DNA of 64,000 bases from an uncultured Bacillota bacterium (GTDB lineage: Bacteria > Bacillota_I > Bacilli_A > RFN20 > CAG-826), in the NCBI GenBank assembly GCA_937876465.1, contig CALEHV010000019.1:24077-88076 (forward strand). Reading direction: 5' to 3'. This document shows positions 57,878-64,000 of this stretch, in pieces. Within the stretch, counting starts at the first letter, position 1, and every line of letters begins with the position of its first letter. The notes below the pieces were generated by a model. That model ran no database searches. It was not told where the DNA came from and was given only the letters and a program-made list of their open reading frames with translations. A program made the position numbers and the translations under genes.

Positions 57878-58749
57878 TATTTATAACCCAATTCTTTTAA
57901 CATTCTTGGATTATTAATCCAATCTTCTTTTACTGAAACAAACAATTCAAGAAATATACGTTTGCCAAAGTAAGTTTCTAATGTTTCTCTTGCCTTTGTT
58001 CCAATAAATTTAATTTCTTTACCGCCTTTACCGATAATTATCCCTTTATGGGATTCTCTATCAACAATAATTGTTGCATGGATAAAAACGGCTTCTTTTT
58101 TATGCTTTATATCATCGACTCGAACAGCAAGTTCATGAGGGACTTCATCTTTGAGGAATTTTAACAATTTTTCTCTGATGACTTCAGAGACATAAAATGC
58201 AGCATCTTTATCAGAAACAACATCCTCAGGATAATACATTGGTCCTTCTTTCATAAAACTTTTAACTCTGTTAAGTAAAGTATCAATATTGAAGTTTTCA
58301 ATAGCACTCATTTCGATGAGTTCAGCTTTAGGATAAATTTCACCAATTTGATTTTTTAACTCGACAACTTGAGGCAATCTTAATAAATCAATTTTATTGA
58401 TTACCACAACTAAAGGACAATTCTTTGGAAGTTTTCGTGCAATTTCTAAATCGCTATCGTTAATTTTTCTTGATCCATCAATTACAAGCACCACCGCATC
58501 AACTTCTTTAGTTGAGTCAAAAGCGTCTTGGTTCATGATTTTACCAAGGGAATGACGAGCTTTATGGATGCCTGGAGTATCAACAAATACAATTTGGTAT
58601 TCATCATCTGTATAAATACCTCTAATTGCGTTTCTTGTTGTTTGTGCTTTATCAGTAACAATAGAAATATCTCGCTCTAAAAGAGCGTTGATTATTGTTG
58701 ATTTACCAGCATTAGCTTTACCTACAATTGCAACAAAGCCTGTGCGCAT
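57877..58749 (-). CDS. era: GTPase Era
   Basis: G1 GKANAGKST, G3 DTPG, G4 NKID and C-terminal KH domain. Confidence 0.95.
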   Translation of the reverse strand: MRTGFVAIVGKANAGKSTIINALLERDISIVTDKAQTTRNAIRGIYTDDEYQIVFVDTPGIHKARHSLGKIMNQDAFDSTKEVDAVVLVIDGSRKINDSDLEIARKLPKNCPLVVVINKIDLLRLPQVVELKNQIGEIYPKAELIEMSAIENFNIDTLLNRVKSFMKEGPMYYPEDVVSDKDAAFYVSEVIREKLLKFLKDEVPHELAVRVDDIKHKKEAVFIHATIIVDRESHKGIIIGKGGKEIKFIGTKARETLETYFGKRIFLELFVSVKEDWINNPRMLKELGYK

Positions 58750-58750
58750 A

Positions 58751-59596
58751 TTATTTTAATGCGTCTCCAGAGAAAGCAAATGGAAGCAATTCAGCGATTG
58801 TTGTTTCTTGAACTGCGCCTTTAAGGTTTGCCATATAAATCTTTGCGTCCATAGGCATGAGTTCAGATATGACTTGTCTGCAAGCTCCGCAAGGTGCACA
58901 TGGGCCATCTGTATCAGCAGCTAATGCAAGAGCTTCAATTTCATCTTTCTTAACACCATGCATATATGCATTATATAATGCATTTCTTTCACCACACATA
59001 CAGAGTGGGTAAGCAGAATTTTCAATGTTGGCTCCTAAAAATACTCTGCCATCTTTTGTTAAAACAGCAGCTCCAACTTTGAATTTTGAATATGGAGAGT
59101 AAGACAATTGTCTTGCCTCGATTGCTTTTCCAATCAATTCTTTAGAATCCATATTTTTGCCTCCTAATATTTCGTTTTGAATTGCGAACATAACAAGTTC
59201 GTCTTCTTTTTCCATATGATTGTATCCAAGCAAGTGAAGTAAACCGTGAACAAATAAGAAACATATTTCTCTATTCAGAGAATTGCCATACATTTTGGCT
59301 TGTTCTTCTGCTTTTTCATACGAAATAAGAATTTGTCCCAATGTTGATGGAACACCTGGAATTACTTCTTCAGTTTCATCATCAAAGAAAGCAAAGCTTA
59401 TAACGTCAGTTGGACGATCAACTTTGCGATACTCTTTATTGATTTTGTGAATAGATTTATTGTCGATTATGCTAACATCAACAATATAATTGTTAACCAC
59501 GTTTAAATGACTAAAAACTTTCTCTGCTAGGGAGTTAAAGATTTCTTCATATGCATCATATGATGCAGGGCCTTGGTTAATAAAATCTAATTCCAT
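58751..59596 (-). CDS. ybeY: Fused endoribonuclease YbeY and cytidine deaminase
   Basis: N-terminal YbeY HGLLHLLGYNH zinc motif. C-terminal CDA zinc motifs CAERNA...PCGACRQ. Confidence 0.8.
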   Translation of the reverse strand: MELDFINQGPASYDAYEEIFNSLAEKVFSHLNVVNNYIVDVSIIDNKSIHKINKEYRKVDRPTDVISFAFFDDETEEVIPGVPSTLGQILISYEKAEEQAKMYGNSLNREICFLFVHGLLHLLGYNHMEKEDELVMFAIQNEILGGKNMDSKELIGKAIEARQLSYSPYSKFKVGAAVLTKDGRVFLGANIENSAYPLCMCGERNALYNAYMHGVKKDEIEALALAADTDGPCAPCGACRQVISELMPMDAKIYMANLKGAVQETTIAELLPFAFSGDALK

Positions 59597-59635
59597 ATTG
59601 GGAATTGTATTATATCACACCTTTTATAAAGAGCG

Positions 59636-60808
59636 CTATAAATTAATTGAATCCAAAAATCTTGCTTTAGACATTTCGTAGTTTTTCTTATTTTCCTTGG
59701 ATGATAAAGCAGAATCCATATTGTCCATTAGAATGTAAAAAATTCCAAAGTGAAAAAGAATAAAATTAACGCTAATTTCTTTCTCAATAATCATAAGCAA
59801 AAAACTTAAAATTATTATAATAAATGTATTTATACATTTTCTTACTGAAATTCTTAAGGTGTAATCGCTTGCGTTTTGATTAATGCTCAAAATATCTCTT
59901 ACCAAATTTGCATTATTATCTTTCACCAATGTTTGTTCCATTTCAGTAATACTTTGCGATTGCATATCGGTTTTATTTGATATGAACACTTTTTCGATCA
60001 TTGTTAACAACAATATAAATAAAACAGCAAATGCATTATACGGATTGTTCAAAATCAGTATTGTTGTGATGATAAAAATTAATACAAAAGAACTGAAAAT
60101 TTTTCTCCCAAAAGTGAAATAATTCTGCTTAAACGAAATGAAGTTGTGATAAGCCTCTTTTACACCACTTGTTTTGTTATCAAAAATTTTCGGTATATAT
60201 TCATTATCAAAGAATATTAATTCTTTGATTAAATACCATTTTTCTACTAATTCACATATAGCAAAAAATGCAAGAAAAATAATAGGTATAAACACATATT
60301 CATTATCTTTTACAAAGAAAAATCCAGTTAAAAGAAACGCAATTGCTAAGGCAGAAATTCCATAACCAATTACGCTTTTTCTTACAGGCAAAATCTTATG
60401 CTCTTTCTTTTCTAGTTTTACATTTTCGAAAGACTCAACCTCTAATACTTTTCCACTCCATCTTTTTTGAAAACTTTCTTTTTTAATTTTTAATATTCCT
60501 CTTCCGGGATCATAGATTTCGATTTTCTTTTTAAAGAATCTTTTAACAAGGACACAATGATTGCAATCTATTAAAGCTAGAAAGGGTGCTTTTGGCTGTT
60601 CGTATTGGTCTATGCTATAAGCATAAGCACACAAATTTAGCCCATAACTCTTTCCTATCTCTATTATGTCTTTAAACGTATAAGAATCTTTCTTGTCGGG
60701 TTTATCAATATACAAAAAGCTTTTATTCTTATTTAGGATTGCTAGAAGCATTTTTAAGGATGCAAAACCGCAATCAAAGTCATTTCCTTGATAACAAAAA
60801 TATTTCAT
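59636..60808 (-). CDS. C39 peptidase domain fused to a 6-TM ABC-exporter-like domain, without an ATPase domain
   Basis: YQGNDFDCGFASLKMLL (Gln/Cys catalytic site) and NHCVLV (His), then six TM helices. The ORF stops before any Walker A. Start set at MKYFCYQ with a GGAGG RBS. Confidence 0.65.
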   Translation of the reverse strand: MKYFCYQGNDFDCGFASLKMLLAILNKNKSFLYIDKPDKKDSYTFKDIIEIGKSYGLNLCAYAYSIDQYEQPKAPFLALIDCNHCVLVKRFFKKKIEIYDPGRGILKIKKESFQKRWSGKVLEVESFENVKLEKKEHKILPVRKSVIGYGISALAIAFLLTGFFFVKDNEYVFIPIIFLAFFAICELVEKWYLIKELIFFDNEYIPKIFDNKTSGVKEAYHNFISFKQNYFTFGRKIFSSFVLIFIITTILILNNPYNAFAVLFILLLTMIEKVFISNKTDMQSQSITEMEQTLVKDNNANLVRDILSINQNASDYTLRISVRKCINTFIIIILSFLLMIIEKEISVNFILFHFGIFYILMDNMDSALSSKENKKNYEMSKARFLDSINL

Positions 60809-60861
60809 AATAGTTCGACCTCCTATGAAACATATTTGCAAAAAATTAAGAAAATTTTCAA

Positions 60862-60890
60862 AATTAAAAAAAGGGAAGCAATGCTTCCCT
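60862..60890 (-). terminator. Terminator downstream of rpsU
   Basis: AGGGAAGCAATGCTTCCCT hairpin with an A7 run on the plus strand, which is a T-run on the minus strand. Confidence 0.6.
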
Positions 60891-60909
60891 GATTTTGACA
60901 ATGCACTTA

Positions 60910-61083
60910 TTAATAAGCTTTACGTCTGGCCATTTCGCTTTTCATTTTGCGTTTAAGGCCTTTTTTGAGATAGAACTCTCTTTTACGTGTTTCGAGGAGA
61001 ACGCCAGATTTGTTGACTTGACGTTTAAAACGACGAAGTGCATCATCTAAAGTTTCGTTTTCATGAACTACTGTTTTTGGCAT
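60910..61083 (-). CDS. rpsU: 30S ribosomal protein S21 (57 aa; below the ORF-track length cutoff)
   Basis: Manual translation gives [67 protein letters not shown]. Confidence 0.85.
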   Translation of the reverse strand: MPKTVVHENETLDDALRRFKRQVNKSGVLLETRKREFYLKKGLKRKMKSEMARRKAY

Positions 61084-61124
61084 AATTTCATCTCCTTCCT
61101 TATATAAACAACTAAAAGTTGTTA

Positions 61125-61769
61125 TTAAGCACCTTTTACGATTTCAACACCGCAGGATGCACCGATACGTGAAGCACCGGCTTTAATCATAGCTTCAGCT
61201 TCTGCTCTGCTATGAATACCACCGCTGGCTTTAACACCAACGTTTGGTCCAACTGTCTTTCTCATAAGTTCAACAGCATGTTCTGTTGCACCACCTTTTG
61301 AGAATCCAGTTGATGTTTTGACGTAATCTGCACCGGCAGCAACGCATGCTTTGCATGTTCCAACGATTTCTTCGTCGGTCAATAAGCATGTTTCGAGAAT
61401 TACTTTTAGTAATCTGCCTTCGCAAGCTTCTTTTACGAGTCTAACTTCATTTTCAATGAATTTGTAGTCGTGTTCTTTAGCCATTGAGACATTGAGAACC
61501 ATATCTACTTCTTCTGCACCGGCTTTAACAGCAAGGTTTGCTTCTGAAGCTTTAGCTTCTGGAAGTGTTGCTCCTAAAGGGAAACCGATAACAGTACAAA
61601 CCTTTGAATCTGTTCCCTTAAGCATACTAGCTGCTAAAGGAATAAATCCTGGGTTAACGCACACGGATGCAAAATGGAATTCGCGTGCTTCTTCACACAA
61701 TTTCTTAACTGCTGCTATTGATGCATCAGCTTTAAGTAATGTATGATCAATCATTCTATTAATTTCCAT
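61125..61769 (-). CDS. deoC: Deoxyribose-phosphate aldolase
   Basis: Class I aldolase with Schiff-base Lys context (VGVKASGGI), 214 aa. Confidence 0.9.
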   Translation of the reverse strand: MEINRMIDHTLLKADASIAAVKKLCEEAREFHFASVCVNPGFIPLAASMLKGTDSKVCTVIGFPLGATLPEAKASEANLAVKAGAEEVDMVLNVSMAKEHDYKFIENEVRLVKEACEGRLLKVILETCLLTDEEIVGTCKACVAAGADYVKTSTGFSKGGATEHAVELMRKTVGPNVGVKASGGIHSRAEAEAMIKAGASRIGASCGVEIVKGA

Positions 61770-61817
61770 AATTAGTCACCTCGTAGTGATTATATCATAA
61801 TAGTTTTCTAAAGAGAA

Positions 61818-62090
61818 CTATTCAGCCTTTTCAGCTTTAACTGCTTTCTTTGCAGCTGGCTTTTTTGCTGGAGCTTTCTTTTCTACTGGCTTTGCTTCAA
61901 CAGTTTTAACTGTTGCTTTCTTTTCCATAACGTTCTTACCATTGTAATAACCACATTTTGGGCAAACGTTGTGAGCCTTGATTGTAGCACCGCAGTTTGG
62001 ACACTTAACTAATCCTGAAACGGATAATTTGAAGTGTGTACGGCGCATTCTCTTTCTTGTCTTAGATGTTCTTCTAAATGGGACTGCCAT
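61818..62090 (-). CDS. rpmF: 50S ribosomal protein L32 with Lys/Ala-rich C-terminal extension
   Basis: [22 protein letters not shown]...CPNCG...CPKCGYY matches the L32 zinc-ribbon form. Extra ~35 aa [12 protein letters not shown] tail. Confidence 0.85.
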   Translation of the reverse strand: MAVPFRRTSKTRKRMRRTHFKLSVSGLVKCPNCGATIKAHNVCPKCGYYNGKNVMEKKATVKTVEAKPVEKKAPAKKPAAKKAVKAEKAE

Positions 62091-62192
62091 ATACTTTTCC
62101 TCCTAAAATAACATGGTTAATTATAAATTAATTATAAAAACATGCAACTTTTTTTCATACAATGTTTAATAAAATGTAAAATTAATTCGATG

Positions 62193-63446
62193 TTATTCGA
62201 CTTTTATTTTTTGAATTTGTCCGACGAATTCGTCAGGTAAATCAGCGTTTAGTTTAATATAATTTGATGTAAATCCTGAAAGGAGACCTGTTGTTTTGTT
62301 CCTTGCTTCCAAGATTACTTCAAGTTCTTGGCCAATAAATTTCTTGTAGTATTCTTTTTGAAGCTTATCCGAAAGTTCAAGAAGTCTATGAACTCTAGCG
62401 TCCTTAATTTCTGGTTTAACTTGATCTTTCATATCGTAGGCAAGAGTACCTTCACGTGCAGAAAATGGAAATACATGGAGTTCTGCAAAATTTACTTCTT
62501 TAATAAAATTAAATGTCTCTTCAAATTCTTCATCAGTTTCTCCTGGGAAACCAACAATTACATCCGTTGTAATAGCAATATCCGGGCGAACCTCTCTAAT
62601 GCGAGATACTTTTTTAATGAAATCATCAACATTGTATTTTCTATGCATTCTTTGCAAAACTGTTTTAGATCCGCTTTGTAAAGGCATATGTAAATGATCT
62701 GCAATATTTGGATATTTCATTAACAAAGAAATAAATTTGTCATCAATTTCACTTTCTTCAATTGAAGATATACGCAATCTATAAAGATCAGGAATATTTA
62801 AAATTTCCTCAACCAAATCTGAAAAAGTCACATCTTTCAAATCCATTCCATAGTGGGCTGTGTGAATACCGGTAAGAACGAATTCTTTAAAGCCTTTTGA
62901 GACCAAATAAGTGATTTCTCGGATAATCTCATCTTTATTTCTTGAGCGAGCTTGTCCACGTGTGTAAGGAATTGTGCAATACGAACAGAAGTTATTACAA
63001 CCATCTTGAACTTTAATGTAAGCACGAGTTGATTCCGGAATAGCAAAATATCCAAAATGTTCATATGTTAAATGACGTGTATCGCTGTCGATTTTTACGA
63101 TAGGTTTTTTATCTTTAATGTATTGTTTGACATAGTCAAGCAATTTATTACGTCCACTAGTACCAACAACTATTGCTGCACCACAATTATCAATTATGTA
63201 TTGCGCATTTTTTTGAGAATAACATCCCATAACTGCAACAATAACACCTTCTTTTTTCTTTGCAGCTTGTCTAATATGTTGACGTGATTTTTGATCTGCA
63301 ACAGCTGTAACTGAACAAGTATTTATAATCACAATATCAGGGTCTTTTTTATTTTCAATAAAACCATCCTTGAGAAACATCTCACGGACGGCGTTACTTT
63401 CATATGAATTGACTTTACATCCTAGTGTAATAATTTTAAATGTCAT
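62193..63446 (-). CDS. mtaB: Radical-SAM methylthiotransferase of the MiaB family (MtaB/YqeV-like)
   Basis: N-terminal MTTase Cys triad (C..C..C), radical SAM CSYCTIP and C-terminal TRAM domain. ATG start at MTFKIITLGC. Confidence 0.85.
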   Translation of the reverse strand: MTFKIITLGCKVNSYESNAVREMFLKDGFIENKKDPDIVIINTCSVTAVADQKSRQHIRQAAKKKEGVIVAVMGCYSQKNAQYIIDNCGAAIVVGTSGRNKLLDYVKQYIKDKKPIVKIDSDTRHLTYEHFGYFAIPESTRAYIKVQDGCNNFCSYCTIPYTRGQARSRNKDEIIREITYLVSKGFKEFVLTGIHTAHYGMDLKDVTFSDLVEEILNIPDLYRLRISSIEESEIDDKFISLLMKYPNIADHLHMPLQSGSKTVLQRMHRKYNVDDFIKKVSRIREVRPDIAITTDVIVGFPGETDEEFEETFNFIKEVNFAELHVFPFSAREGTLAYDMKDQVKPEIKDARVHRLLELSDKLQKEYYKKFIGQELEVILEARNKTTGLLSGFTSNYIKLNADLPDEFVGQIQKIKVE

Positions 63447-64000
63447 TTTGCTTTTCTCATTAATGTTCTTTTCCACTTATATTCAGCGTGTTTTATTTTG
63501 TACATTGCACGTTCAGAAATAAGATTTTTATCTAACATGACTTTGCACATACCGTCTTTGTCGTTTTGAAGGTACTTTTCAACAACAGGTTTGATTCGTT
63601 CGATCATGTGTTCGTTTTTAGGATTTTTCAAATACTTATCGAATAAAGCGATTTTTGCATCTAAACGACCTTGATCATTGATTACATAAATAGTGTGAAA
63701 ATCAAAATGATAAACAACCATTACTTTTTCATCTCTATAAATTGTTATAAGTTTTGTAAACAAAGAATCGTACAAATCAAAGTTATAAACTTCAAAAAGG
63801 TCAATACATGCGCTTTTATAGCCGTTTATTAATTTGTTGTATGGTTCTTTCATCAATTTTCCGTATTGTCCGAAATAGAAGGAGTTAATGGCACGAGAAA
63901 AAATAGGAACATATATTCTATTTTGGCCTTCACCAATGTATGGCATACCAGCAGTTTGTTCTTTAACAAAATCTGGAACCTCTTCAGTTTTTAGTTCACT
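63443..64000 (-). CDS. Hypothetical protein (5-prime end outside window)
   Basis: The ORF stays open to the window edge on the minus strand. No family recognised. Confidence 0.35.
   Translation of the reverse strand, partial: SELKTEEVPDFVKEQTAGMPYIGEGQNRIYVPIFSRAINSFYFGQYGKLMKEPYNKLINGYKSACIDLFEVYNFDLYDSLFTKLITIYRDEKVMVVYHFDFHTIYVINDQGRLDAKIALFDKYLKNPKNEHMIERIKPVVEKYLQNDKDGMCKVMLDKNLISERAMYKIKHAEYKWKRTLMRKAK

Noticed and set aside
1-64000. CRISPR arrays, rRNA/tRNA genes, IS elements, TGA recoding
   Set aside because: No regularly spaced direct repeats, no tRNA-like GTTCGAATC T-arm signatures in the gaps and no transposase-like ORFs were seen. TGA terminates alaS and other genes, and no conserved gene contains an in-frame TGA, so the standard code is in use.

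Overview
This is a 64 kb window of low-GC (about 32%) chromosomal DNA from a Firmicutes/Mollicutes-related bacterium. It uses the standard genetic code: TGA serves as a stop codon (for example in the alaS/ruvX GTGA overlap) and no TGA interrupts any conserved gene.

Content is almost all housekeeping and matches three B. subtilis neighbourhoods. On the plus strand: alaS-ruvX-DUF1292, greA, radC, rplU-ysxB(prp)-rpmA-obg, nadE, ruvAB, secDF, recJ, relA, hisS-aspS, tkt, asp23-nusB-xseA-xseB-dxs, dinB-xerD-deoB. On the minus strand, in yqe/yqf/yne order: rsfS/nadD-yqeK/yqeH/yqeG, parC/parE, yneF, efp, rpmG, nfo/cshB, nif3/trmK/rpoD/dnaG, glyQS/recO/era/ybeY-cdd, rpsU, deoC, rpmF, mtaB. The MEP pathway genes dxs, ispG and ispH are present.

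I found no rRNA, tRNA, CRISPR array, IS element or prophage.

The non-housekeeping content is:
- a divergent pair of large surface lipoproteins inserted between recJ and relA, with a CG-rich palindrome in their shared promoter region;
- a C39-peptidase plus 6-TM ABC-type membrane protein that lacks an ATPase domain;
- a divergent sigma-70-like gene directly downstream of rpoD;
- ybeY-cdd and nadD-yqeK gene fusions;
- an ABC substrate-binding protein and permease with no ATPase;
- TAGTAG repeats at 10-11 bp period in three non-coding spots;
- a shared TTATACACGA...CGTGTT motif upstream of secDF and ispH;
- a pervasive leaderless-mRNA architecture, TATAAT-N6-ATG.

Two ribosomal protein genes, rpmG and rpsU, are below the ORF-track length cutoff and were recovered by hand.
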